Positions 23,189-33,031 of a DNA stretch of 64,000 nucleotides are shown here, in pieces; the stretch's first letter is position 1, and each line of letters opens with the position of its first letter. Origin of the DNA: an uncultured Collinsella sp. (GTDB lineage: Bacteria; Actinomycetota; Coriobacteriia; Coriobacteriales; Coriobacteriaceae); the NCBI GenBank assembly GCA_938005465.1, contig CALLNU010000019.1, positions 85,917 through 149,916 of the forward strand. Reading direction: 5' to 3'. Position numbers and translations under genes: made by a program. The notes under the pieces were generated by a model. The model did no database searches. It saw only the letters and a list, made by a program, of their open reading frames with translations, and was not told where the DNA came from.

Positions 23189-23209
23189 GGACGACTACAG
23201 GGCTATCGA

Positions 23210-26023
23210 TTACCCCGTGTTCTGCAGTCCTGCCGAGACGCCGGTCACAGTCGAAAGAATCAGGCTCATGTACTCGGCCTTCTTCTCCTCGGCCATCTCA
23301 TCCTGGTTCATACGCACCTCGCGAAGGGCGCGGACCTGGGCGATGGACAGGGCGTCAACGTAGGGGTTACGCACGCGAACGGCGCAGCCGAGCACGCGGC
23401 GGCGCTGCAGCGGCCACTCGTCACCGACGATGGCAAGGACCCACTTGCGGGTGAGCTGCATCTCGGTGAAGACCTTCTCGGACAAATCCTGGCGATCGCC
23501 CAGGTGCAGATACATCTTGGCGATGCGCTGGTCGGTCTTGGCGATCGACATCTCGATGTTGTCAATGAACGTGCGGAAGAACGGCCACTCCTGGTAGGCA
23601 GCCTTGAGCTGGTCAAGGTCGCCCAGCTGCTCGCAGGCGGTGCCTAGGCCGTACCAAGCGGCCAGGTTAATGCGCGCCTGGCTCCAGCTGAAGATCCACG
23701 GAATGGTACGCAGGTCGTCGAGCGACTTGGCGCCCAAGCCGCGCTTGGCGGGACGCGAGCCAATCGGCAGCAGACCGACCTCGGTCAGCGGCGTCACGGT
23801 CGAGAACCACGGTGTAAAGTCCTCGGTGTTCAGCAGGTCCAGATAGCGCTCGTGGCTTGCGGCGTTAAGCTTCTCGGCCATATCCCAGAACTTCTGCGTG
23901 GTCTCGGTGTTAGTCTTCTCGACACTCGGGGCCGACTGCAAAAGCGTTGCGGCGGCAACGGACTCAACATGGCGCTGAGCCAGCGTGCGGTTGCCGTAAC
24001 GGGCAAAGATGACCTCGCCCTGCTCGGTGAGCTTAAAGAAGCAGTTGACCGAACCCTTGGGCTGCGCCAGCACGGCCTTGTTGGCCGGGCCGCCGCCACG
24101 GCCCACGGCACCGCCGCGACCGTGCATGAGCACCAGGTCGATATCGTTCTTCTCGGCCCACTTGGCAATGCGCTCCTGCGCGGAGTGCAGCGCGAGCATA
24201 GCCGTAGTAGGACCGGCATCCTTGGAGGAGTCGGAATAGCCCAGCATGACCTCCATGCGGCGGTTGGTCTGGGCAAGGCGCTTCTGCACCACGGGCAGCG
24301 TAAGCATCTGGTCGAGCACGTCGACACAGCCCTCGAGGTCCTCGAGCTGCTCGAACAGCGGGATCACGTCGAGCTCGGGAACGTCCTCCTCGTGTGCGAA
24401 GGACAGGTGGGCCAGCTCAAAGACGTCGGCCACATGCTGGGCGCTCTTGGTAAACGAGATGATGTAGCGGTGCGCCATCTTCTTGCCGTAGCGCTTTTGG
24501 ATGGAGCCGATAGCGCGGAAGGTATCGATGACCTCGCGCGTCATGGGCTGCAGGTCGCCATGGATACCGTTCTCGTGGATATCCTTGAGGGCGCGGGCGT
24601 GCACCACGGAATGCTGACGGAACTCCATCTCGACCATATGGAAGCCGAAGGACTCGACCTGCCAGATGATGGTCTGGACCGGGCCGTAGGCGGCACGGAC
24701 GGCACCGCAGGCAGCAAGCGAACGCTGGACGACGCGCAGGTCATCCAGGAACTCGTCGGCGCTGTGGTACATGGTGTCGGTGATGCGACGGACGGTGGCG
24801 TTCAGACGGTCGGCCATGACGAGCATGACGGCGCGATGCGGCTCGTGCTCGGAAATCAGCTCGGCGCGGGCCGTGTACTGGGTACTCATCTCGACCTGAT
24901 GGTTCCACAGGTTGATGAGCTCGGCAGACGGCTTGCTGTAGGTGGCCTCGAGCGTGAGGTTGCGGCCGATGCGGCGGCACTTGTCCTCGAGCTTGAGCAC
25001 CATGTGGGTAAAGTACTTGGCGGCGACCTCACGGCTCACCTTGGCGGTGACGTTGGGGTTACCGTCGCGGTCGGAACCGATCCAGCTGCCGGGATGGAAG
25101 AACGCCGGGCACAGCGGCGGCACGGTGCCGGCCTTGTCGCCCAGCACCCAGTCGTCAAAACGACGATAGATGACGGGGATAACGTCGAACAGCGTGTTAT
25201 CAAAGATGTCGATGATGGTATCGGCTTCCTCGACCGGCGTGGGCTTCTTGAGCGCGATGGGGCTCGTACGCACCAGGGCGTCGATCTCCTGCAGCATATG
25301 GCGCTCGTTCTCCACCAGGTCGGAGCCGCCCAAACGCGGACGCTCCTCCAGCAGGTTGGAGATACGGCGAATCTTGCCCTCGACGGCCTTACGACGGGCC
25401 TCGGTGGGATGTGCGGTAAAGACAGGGTGGAACTCGAGCTTGCCGAGCAGCTCATTGGCACCCTCGACGCCCAGCTCATTCACCAGCTGGTGATAGGCGA
25501 CGGTGAGCTCGTTGGCGGGATCGACCTCGGTATCGGTCGACGCACCGGCCTCGCGCTCGCGCAGCTGCGCCACACGGTAGTTCTCCTCCGACAGGTTTGC
25601 CAGATGGAAGAAGCTCGTAAAGGCGCGGACAATGACCTGCTGCTTATCGAGCGGCAGGCTGTCGATCAAATCGACGACCTCACGAAATGCCACGGCAGTG
25701 GGTTCGTCGGCGGTGGGCACGCCCTGCTCGTCGACGGCCTCGTCGGCAGCACGGGTACCGGGGTTGCCGGCATTGGCCACAATCTCGGCCGACAGGATTT
25801 TGTCGAACAGGTCCGCGATCTCAGGATCATACTCGCTAAGCACACGACGCTCCAGGCGCAGGAACAACGCCAGATTGTCGCGCAGCTCCTCGGGGATCTC
25901 GATCTCGGCGAGACGCTCCCTGGACTCGGCATTCGAGCCGATTCGGTTAACGAGGCGGTTGACCACGGCAGCGACGCGCGCCGCGGCTTCGGGTACAGAC
26001 TGGTTGCTTAGGTTCTCAGCCAC
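23210..26023 (-). CDS. ppc: Phosphoenolpyruvate carboxylase
   Basis: VFTAHPTE, GSWIGSDRDGNP, VMLGYSDSSKD, HGRGGAVGRGG, LRTIPW, AGLQNTG; GTG 26023 chosen on RBS spacing. Confidence 0.96.
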   Translation of the reverse strand: MAENLSNQSVPEAAARVAAVVNRLVNRIGSNAESRERLAEIEIPEELRDNLALFLRLERRVLSEYDPEIADLFDKILSAEIVANAGNPGTRAADEAVDEQGVPTADEPTAVAFREVVDLIDSLPLDKQQVIVRAFTSFFHLANLSEENYRVAQLREREAGASTDTEVDPANELTVAYHQLVNELGVEGANELLGKLEFHPVFTAHPTEARRKAVEGKIRRISNLLEERPRLGGSDLVENERHMLQEIDALVRTSPIALKKPTPVEEADTIIDIFDNTLFDVIPVIYRRFDDWVLGDKAGTVPPLCPAFFHPGSWIGSDRDGNPNVTAKVSREVAAKYFTHMVLKLEDKCRRIGRNLTLEATYSKPSAELINLWNHQVEMSTQYTARAELISEHEPHRAVMLVMADRLNATVRRITDTMYHSADEFLDDLRVVQRSLAACGAVRAAYGPVQTIIWQVESFGFHMVEMEFRQHSVVHARALKDIHENGIHGDLQPMTREVIDTFRAIGSIQKRYGKKMAHRYIISFTKSAQHVADVFELAHLSFAHEEDVPELDVIPLFEQLEDLEGCVDVLDQMLTLPVVQKRLAQTNRRMEVMLGYSDSSKDAGPTTAMLALHSAQERIAKWAEKNDIDLVLMHGRGGAVGRGGGPANKAVLAQPKGSVNCFFKLTEQGEVIFARYGNRTLAQRHVESVAAATLLQSAPSVEKTNTETTQKFWDMAEKLNAASHERYLDLLNTEDFTPWFSTVTPLTEVGLLPIGSRPAKRGLGAKSLDDLRTIPWIFSWSQARINLAAWYGLGTACEQLGDLDQLKAAYQEWPFFRTFIDNIEMSIAKTDQRIAKMYLHLGDRQDLSEKVFTEMQLTRKWVLAIVGDEWPLQRRRVLGCAVRVRNPYVDALSIAQVRALREVRMNQDEMAEEKKAEYMSLILSTVTGVSAGLQNTG

Positions 26024-26280
26024 GTTTCCTCCCATTCCTCCTTCTATGCACGTAACATGCGGTATTCATTATAGGCGCTTGAGAAATACTTTCGACACTG
26101 ATTGCGCTTTACCACACAAAAGTATTTTCTGCATTGCAAGGGTTTTTGCCCTAAATGGTCGTATTTCTCGGTGGACGGCATACACAAACGGGGGCATTCA
26201 GCATAAATGCGAAACACCCCCGTAACAATCGCTCGCCGCGAGAGGGAAATGTTAGCGGGTCCGCAGCTCAAAAAGATGCG

Positions 26281-27594
26281 CTACAGGCGCTCGCGAACCG
26301 CCTCGACAACGTTGGCCAGATCGGCAAGGACCTCTTCATGGCTCTCCATGTCGCGCACCTTGACCTTGCCGGCGGCAAGCTCGTCGCCGCCCAGGACCAG
26401 GATGAGCTTGGCGCCTACCTTATCGGCCTGCTTAAACTGGGCTTTGAGCGAACGGCCCTGATAGTCGGCCTCGGTCACGATACCTGCGGCGCGAAGCTCC
26501 TGCGTAATGGCAAAGACGTTCTGGCGCAGCTCCTTGCCGGCGTTGGCGACATAAACGCACGGGGCCTCCTCGGCACCCAGATCGCTGCCAAAGGCCTGCA
26601 GGGCCAGCAGGGCGCGCTCAAAACCGACGGCAAAGCCGACGCCCGCCGTGGGCTTGCCGCCCTCGAGCTCGACCAGGCCGTCGTAGCGGCCGCCGCCGCC
26701 GATGGAGCCGACGCCGGCGCCAGGGGCCTCGACCTCAAAGACGGTACGGGTGTAGTAGTCCAGGCCGCGCACCAAGGTGGGATCCTCGACATACTCGATA
26801 CCGGCGGCATCCAGATAGCGCTTGACCTGCTCGTAGTGCTCGCGGCACTCGTCGCACAGGTTGTCACCCATCAGCGGAGCCTCGGCCATGATCTCGCGGC
26901 AATGGTCGTTCTTGCAGTCGAAGGCGCGCAGCGGGTTAAGCTCGGCGCGCTCGCGGCACTCGTCGCACATCTCGTCGGCGTGGTCGAGAATGAACTGCTT
27001 AACCTGCTCGCGATAGGCCGGACGGCACTGGGGATCGCCCATCGAGTTAATGAGCAGACGGAGCTTGGAAAGATCGAAGCCCAGACGCTTGTAGAACTCC
27101 ATGAGCATGATGATGCACTCGGCGTCTGCCGCCGGATCGGGAGCGCCGAGCCACTCGATGCCCACCTGATGGAACTGGCGCAGGCGGCCCTTCTGGGGAC
27201 GCTCGCCGCGGAACATGGCCTCGGCGTAGTAAGCCTTAAACGGCGTGGAACCCTGGGGCACCAGGTTGTTCTCCACGACGGCGCGCACCACACCGGCCGT
27301 GCCCTCGGGACGAAGGGCCAGGCGCTGCTTGGGCTTAAGCTTGGTGTCGGTGCCCTCGGTAAAGACGCGCTCCAGGTTGGCGCCGCTAAACACGCGGAAC
27401 ATCTCCTTGCGCACGACGTCGGTCGACTGGCCGATACCGTGGACAAACACGTCAGCCTGCTCGATCGCGGGCGTCTCGATGGGCTTAAAGCCAAACGGCT
27501 CGAATACGCTGGCCGCAATCTGCTGCATCTTTTGCCAGGCGCGCATCTCGGCGCCGATAAGGTCGCGGGTTCCCTCCGCCTTCTGTGCCTGCAT
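26281..27594 (-). CDS. hisS: Histidine--tRNA ligase
   Basis: LRPEGTA, FRGERPQKGRLRQFHQ, LVRGLDYY, GGGRYDGL. Confidence 0.97.
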   Translation of the reverse strand: MQAQKAEGTRDLIGAEMRAWQKMQQIAASVFEPFGFKPIETPAIEQADVFVHGIGQSTDVVRKEMFRVFSGANLERVFTEGTDTKLKPKQRLALRPEGTAGVVRAVVENNLVPQGSTPFKAYYAEAMFRGERPQKGRLRQFHQVGIEWLGAPDPAADAECIIMLMEFYKRLGFDLSKLRLLINSMGDPQCRPAYREQVKQFILDHADEMCDECRERAELNPLRAFDCKNDHCREIMAEAPLMGDNLCDECREHYEQVKRYLDAAGIEYVEDPTLVRGLDYYTRTVFEVEAPGAGVGSIGGGGRYDGLVELEGGKPTAGVGFAVGFERALLALQAFGSDLGAEEAPCVYVANAGKELRQNVFAITQELRAAGIVTEADYQGRSLKAQFKQADKVGAKLILVLGGDELAAGKVKVRDMESHEEVLADLANVVEAVRERL

Positions 27595-27653
27595 GGGCAA
27601 ACACCTTTCTTTTGTATCGCGTCATAGATAGTGGACATTATACGGCACAAACA

Positions 27654-27788
27654 CAAACAGCGGCGGTGCGTCTGACCGAACGAGGGTATGGGGACTCGTT
27701 CGGCCTGACGCACCGCCGCTGTTTGCGATCCGCTTTCCTCCGTCCCCTTCGGATCACGTGATCTGTTGGGGACGGAGGAAAACGGATC
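27654..27788. repeat. Two abutting long hairpins (REP-like)
   Basis: 27654-27684/27695-27725 (~31-bp stem) and 27727-27747/27768-27788 (21-bp stem, CGTCCCC/GGGGACG, central gatcacgtgatc). Confidence 0.85.
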
Positions 27789-27837
27789 ATTTCGTAGGCC
27801 CGTGACCGCCTTGGAAACCGAATGATGGTACGAGCAT

Positions 27838-28206
27838 CTATTCGGCTTCCAGGGCGGCCACAAACAGAACGGGGCAAACAGAAAAGAGCACGTAGACCTG
27901 CCACAGTTCACCGACAAGGCTCATGCCGGCAAGAACGGCAGAGGTGGCGATTACAGTGAGGGAGCCCAAAACGCGACCGCTTACTTTATCGGCAACATGA
28001 CCGATCACAAGTGAGCCGATAACGCTCACCACGGTGGAGATGGCGTTGGAGATGTTGTACTGCGCAAGCGTGATGCCCAGGTCGCTGACGACGAGCGGCT
28101 GAAACAGGCTCATGCAGTTAACGAAAATCGTGTAGCACGTGGCCATGATGACAAAGCCGGAAGCCACCACGAGCCAGCCGGGGAAGAACTTACGCTGCTG
28201 GGACAT
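27838..28206 (-). pseudogene. Truncated MFS transporter (about the first 4 TM helices)
   Basis: GWLVVA..., motif A-like GHVADKVSGR; ends at about 122 aa versus ~400 expected. Confidence 0.75.
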
Positions 28207-28245
28207 ACTGCTCCTTTTTAAACAAACGAGTAGCAAGATTGGGTG

Positions 28246-29541
28246 CTACCGGTGGTCGGCGATGTAGCCCAAAGCGACTGCCGCATAAGCCGCGGCGCCA
28301 AGGGGAAGCTCGGCATCGCTAAAACGTGCCTTGGGATGATGCTGAGCAAAATGCTCGTCCGTATCAGTCACGGCAGCGCCCACGGTAAAGTACGCACTCG
28401 GGATCTCACTCGAGATCAACGCGAAGTCCTCACTCGCCATGGCGTGGAACAGCGGCAAGAAAGCCGCCTTGGGCAGCACTGCGCCCACGTAGCCAAGCGA
28501 CGCCTGAGTCATATCGCTGTCGAGTACAAGCGGCGGAACATCCGAAAGCGTCTCGATGGTCGCCGGCGTACGATATGTTGCGGCAACGCCGTTAACGACC
28601 TCCGCGATGCGGGTCTTGAGGTGCTCCATGAGCTTGACGTCGAAGCCACGCAGCGTTCCCTCGAGCACACAAGTGTCGGGGATGACATTTGCGGCCTGAC
28701 CGCCGGCGAACTTGCCAACGGTAAGCGCGACCTCCTTGGCCGCCGGCACCTCGCGGGAGATGAGCTCCTGAAGCGCCAGATGCACATGGACGCCGGCCGT
28801 GATGGGGTCGATGCAGATCTCGGGGCTCGAGCCATGGCCGCCCTTGCCCTGAAGCGTGACGCGAAAACCGTACACGCCCGAGAGCGCCGGGCTGCCGTAG
28901 AGCACCAGGCCAAGCGGCGACTGGCTATTGACATGCATGGCAAAGGCGGCCTGGGGGCGTGGGCTCTGCAGCAAACCGTCGACGATGGCAGCACGGGCAC
29001 CCTCAAAGGTTTCCTCGCCCGGCTGGAACAGCAACTTAACCGTAGCGTTGGCATCAACAAGCTCTGCCTCGCGCGCTTTGAGCATACGAGCCGCACCAAG
29101 CAGCGCCGTCGCGTGCATATCGTGACCGCAAGCGTGCATGCAGCCGTTGGTGGATGCAAAGGGCTCGCCGGATTCCTCGGCAACGGGCAGGGCGTCCATG
29201 TCGCCACGCAGCATGATGACCGTACCGGCCTGCTCATTCGTGCAGATGCCATTGCCTTGGGCCGCGGCGGCACCGGCGCCGACAAGGCCCACAACGCAGG
29301 AACCATCGACGAGCGTAGCAAATGGGATGTCCATCTCGGTCAGGCGCGCTTGGATATACGTAGAGGTCTGCGGGAGGCTATTACCCAGCTCGGGCATCTG
29401 ATGTAAATCGTGTCGCCACGCAGCGAGCTCGTCTGCAAAAGTCTGAGCTTCTGCAACAAGACCGTCACCGATAGCGGCCTGCGCCGCTGCGGTAGCCTTG
29501 GGCGCTGGTTGCGGTTGAAAATCGGACAAAGCTGGTGCCAT
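28246..29541 (-). CDS. M20 family amidohydrolase
   Basis: RHDLHQMPE, LRGDMDALP, MHACGHD, FQPGEE, GGHGS.P, SEDF, HHP. Confidence 0.93.
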   Translation of the reverse strand: MAPALSDFQPQPAPKATAAAQAAIGDGLVAEAQTFADELAAWRHDLHQMPELGNSLPQTSTYIQARLTEMDIPFATLVDGSCVVGLVGAGAAAAQGNGICTNEQAGTVIMLRGDMDALPVAEESGEPFASTNGCMHACGHDMHATALLGAARMLKAREAELVDANATVKLLFQPGEETFEGARAAIVDGLLQSPRPQAAFAMHVNSQSPLGLVLYGSPALSGVYGFRVTLQGKGGHGSSPEICIDPITAGVHVHLALQELISREVPAAKEVALTVGKFAGGQAANVIPDTCVLEGTLRGFDVKLMEHLKTRIAEVVNGVAATYRTPATIETLSDVPPLVLDSDMTQASLGYVGAVLPKAAFLPLFHAMASEDFALISSEIPSAYFTVGAAVTDTDEHFAQHHPKARFSDAELPLGAAAYAAVALGYIADHR

Positions 29542-29657
29542 AGATGCCCTCCAGTAACGTTTTTGCAGCAAGCACTTTGATAGCATAAAGTGCAAGGTAC
29601 AACTTTAAGGGCGACGCATAAAAAATGCCGCCCCGGGAGGGCGGCGCAACAAGTTGT

Positions 29658-30641
29658 TTACAATTGCGGGCGCGGCTTTTTGCGCAAAAAATCGAAGTGA
29701 GTCTCACTCAAGATAATCGACAGGAAGATAAGCACGAAGCCGGCGAGCAGGCGCGAGGTGAGCGCCTCCCCCATCAGCAGCACCGAAAACAACACGCCCG
29801 AAGGCGACTCCATCGAAAGGAGCAGTGAGCCCGTCGAAGCCGGGACATGCGCCAGGCCGACGTTTTGGATGAGCAGAGCCACGCATGTGCAGCCCACCGA
29901 GAGAAACGCCATCACACCGATAAAGTTCGGCGTCCACACGGACAGAGGCGCCTGGGTCTCGAATAACAGCGACGAAACCAGGCTCAGCACGCCGTTGCCC
30001 ACAAACATCCAAAACGTGATAACGTTGATGTCCATTTTGCGACCGTACTTGGCGGTCACCGCCATCTGGATGGCGAAGAAGACCGCGCCTGCCAGCGTAA
30101 TGACGTCACCGATGTTGAACTCGACGCTATCGAGCGCCACCAAGCCAATGCCCGCCAAGCACAGCAGTGCCGCGCCCAGGTTATAGCGGGTGAGTTTTTC
30201 TCCGCTCAGAAAATAGCTCGCGAACGGCACGAGGATGCAATACGTGCCCGTCAAAAAAGCATTCTTGCCCGCCGTAGTATATGCCAGACCGACCGTCTGC
30301 AACGCATAGGCCGCCCACATGAGCACGCCCATACTCAGGCCAACGATCAGATTGCGAGCGTTGAAATGTGCAGTGATGCGCTTGTGGAAGACGGCAAACA
30401 TGACCAACGCTGCAGGCAGAAAGCGTACATAGAGCAGCTCGAACACCGGAATGGTGCCGAGTGCGTCCTTCATAGTGGTAAAGGAGTATCCCCAGATGAC
30501 CGCCACCGAAAGTAGCAAAACTTTCCAGAACAGCGGGGAGCGTGCGCCGGCGCCCCTGGGAATACCGCCCGCGCCCAAATCCTCACGGGCCACAGGGCTA
30601 TCGGGCATGTTTTCGATTTCGTTGGCAGCGTATTGGGCCAT
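29658..30641 (-). CDS. DMT/EamA family transporter
   Basis: Ten TM helices, IWG.SF, GLAYTTAGKNAFLT. Confidence 0.88.
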   Translation of the reverse strand: MAQYAANEIENMPDSPVAREDLGAGGIPRGAGARSPLFWKVLLLSVAVIWGYSFTTMKDALGTIPVFELLYVRFLPAALVMFAVFHKRITAHFNARNLIVGLSMGVLMWAAYALQTVGLAYTTAGKNAFLTGTYCILVPFASYFLSGEKLTRYNLGAALLCLAGIGLVALDSVEFNIGDVITLAGAVFFAIQMAVTAKYGRKMDINVITFWMFVGNGVLSLVSSLLFETQAPLSVWTPNFIGVMAFLSVGCTCVALLIQNVGLAHVPASTGSLLLSMESPSGVLFSVLLMGEALTSRLLAGFVLIFLSIILSETHFDFLRKKPRPQL

Positions 30642-30841
30642 GGAACATCCTCACACTCAATCTGGGCGTGGTGTCCGCACGCGTATGGCTGCGTGCCGCC
30701 TCATGGTCAAATAAAAACGGGGCGCACCGGACCCCCGGCACGCCCCGCTACTGTAGCAACAACCAAGCAGCCCACGCAATCCAGCCCACTAAAGCGTCGG
30801 CAGAGTAAACCTCGATGTTTCGTCGATGTCACGCTGTTGCA

Positions 30842-33031
30842 CTAAATAAGTTTCGTGCTTTCAAGCTTTTCGATGATCCAGTCGTTGGCTTTGATGACCG
30901 GGCGGCGGAAGATGACGCCCAGGGCCAGCGACGGAATCAGATAGCTCGCCAGAATACCCAGCTCAACCCAGTACTCCATATGGTAGGCGCCAGCCATGGC
31001 GGCATGCATGGCGTTGATGCCGTGAGTGAACGGCAAGAACGGATAGATCGCCTGGAACACAGGGCCGGTCATCTCGATGGGGAACGTGCCGCCCGAACCG
31101 CCGACCTGCATGACCAACAGCACGACTGCAAGCGCCTTGCCGATATCGCCAAACGAAACCGTAAGCGTGTAGACGATATTGGAGAACACGAGACTCGCGA
31201 CCCAGCCCGCTAGCACAAACTGCAGCGGGTTGTCGCACTGAATGCCAAAGAACAGAATGTCGCCCGCGCACACGAGCGTTGCCTGCAGCAGAGCCAAGCC
31301 GCCAAAGAACAGGTAACGACCCAGATAGATCTCGTGCAGGCGCACGGGGATGAGCTCGTTGATAAGCTCATCGTCAACCGAGACCTTCATCATGGCCGCC
31401 AGTACGATCGAGCCGACCCAGAGCGACAGAATCGTGTAGAACGGCGCCATGGCCGAACCGTAGTTGCGGATCGGATAGACCGGCTTACGGTCGAGTGCGA
31501 CAGGGCCGGAAAGCGACACGGCCAGACCCTCGGGATCATTGCCGATCATCGTCTTGATCGTGGCTAGATCATCAGACATAAGGGCACCGTCGAGCTCGTC
31601 CTTAAACGCGCTGATCTTGCCCGACGCCTCGCCCAGCTGATCGGAAGCCTTGTTGACCAGCTTTGCAGCCTTAGAGAGGCCCTTTGCCAGCGAACCGGAT
31701 GCGTCGGTCAGGTCGTCTACGGCACTATCCAGATCGCCCGAAATACCATTCAGTGAATCCAGAACCCCCGAGACGGTCTTCTTGAGCTCTTTGGCCTTGA
31801 CCGAAAACGTAGAGTCGTAGTCAATCTTGGCGCCCGAGATACCAGCCTTGGCATCGGCGATGGCCTGATCGACCTCGGCACGCGATTTGTTAACCTCTGC
31901 CATACTCTTCGTGAGCGACGTCGCGATATTCGTCAGCTCATTGGCATTGTTGCGGTACTCCGTTGCGGTTTTATCAAGCTCGGCAGCCGCGTCCTCAAGC
32001 CCTGCCTTGAGCTTATCGTTACTCACCTGGCCAGCAAGACTACGGAGCTCATTCGCCGTGTCATCAATCTCGTCGGCACGTTTATTGAGTGACGCTGCGC
32101 CATCGTTGAGCTGAGACACCGTAAGATCGACGTGCTGGTTTGCAGCGTCGAATGCCTTTGCGAGCTCGGTAGAAACGTTATCGAACGAACCCGCGCTCCC
32201 ATCAATAGCGGCATCGATCGCATCGCTGGCGGACTTGAGCGCTTGCTCGGAATCGGCAATACCGCTCTCGGCATGCTGCATGAGCTGCTTCACCGACTCC
32301 TCGGTCGATCCGGACTGCTTGAGTATGCCGCCCGCCGACGTCAGTGAATCGGCCGTGGAGCTCAAAATGCCCGCAAGCGACGTTGCGCTGGCCTGAACGT
32401 CCTGCAGGTCCTGGACCGAATCGCCGAGCGTCGAGGACAGGTTGGCGATAAAGTTGCTGACCTGGTCGGTGCTCATGTAATCGAGCAGGCTGGACACCGT
32501 CTTAAGACCGACGCTCGTAATGGTCTCGGTAAAAGATTCGTTAACCTGGTTCTGAACGGCGCTCGAACCCTTCTCGGTCACGATCTGCGCGATGGCGTTG
32601 GCCTTCTGGTTCTCGTAAAACTCGATATCGGCGTGCTTCACGTCGGTCGAGAAAAGCGTCATCATGTCAGCGCTAAACGTTTTGGGGATAACGACGGCCG
32701 CATAGTACGCACCCGACTTTACGCCCTCGATAGCTTTATCGCGATCGTTAAGCACAACCCAATCGAAGCTCTCGTTGCCGCGTAGGGTGGCGGTCACGTT
32801 TTCGCCCACGTTAACCTCGACGGGGATCAGATCGCTCTCGTAACCCTCATCGGTGTTGACCACGGCGATCTTGAGGTTGCCGGTGTTGCCGTACGGATCC
32901 CAGCTGCCGGCGATGTTAAACCACGCGTACAGACACGGCACGATAATGAGGCCCATCACGACAACCAAGCCGATTACGGAGCGAGACACGTTTTGGACAT
33001 CGCGCTTAAACAGATGCAGGATGTTCTTCAT
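30842..33031 (-). CDS. YhgE/Pip domain-containing membrane protein
   Basis: LYAWFNIAGSWDPYGNT, NYGSAMAPFYT, QVGGSGGTFPIE. Confidence 0.92.
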   Translation of the reverse strand: MKNILHLFKRDVQNVSRSVIGLVVVMGLIIVPCLYAWFNIAGSWDPYGNTGNLKIAVVNTDEGYESDLIPVEVNVGENVTATLRGNESFDWVVLNDRDKAIEGVKSGAYYAAVVIPKTFSADMMTLFSTDVKHADIEFYENQKANAIAQIVTEKGSSAVQNQVNESFTETITSVGLKTVSSLLDYMSTDQVSNFIANLSSTLGDSVQDLQDVQASATSLAGILSSTADSLTSAGGILKQSGSTEESVKQLMQHAESGIADSEQALKSASDAIDAAIDGSAGSFDNVSTELAKAFDAANQHVDLTVSQLNDGAASLNKRADEIDDTANELRSLAGQVSNDKLKAGLEDAAAELDKTATEYRNNANELTNIATSLTKSMAEVNKSRAEVDQAIADAKAGISGAKIDYDSTFSVKAKELKKTVSGVLDSLNGISGDLDSAVDDLTDASGSLAKGLSKAAKLVNKASDQLGEASGKISAFKDELDGALMSDDLATIKTMIGNDPEGLAVSLSGPVALDRKPVYPIRNYGSAMAPFYTILSLWVGSIVLAAMMKVSVDDELINELIPVRLHEIYLGRYLFFGGLALLQATLVCAGDILFFGIQCDNPLQFVLAGWVASLVFSNIVYTLTVSFGDIGKALAVVLLVMQVGGSGGTFPIEMTGPVFQAIYPFLPFTHGINAMHAAMAGAYHMEYWVELGILASYLIPSLALGVIFRRPVIKANDWIIEKLESTKLI

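Noticed and set aside
27600..27830. T-box riboswitch upstream of hisS
   Set aside because: No T-box consensus; the hairpins lie upstream of the apparent -10 element.
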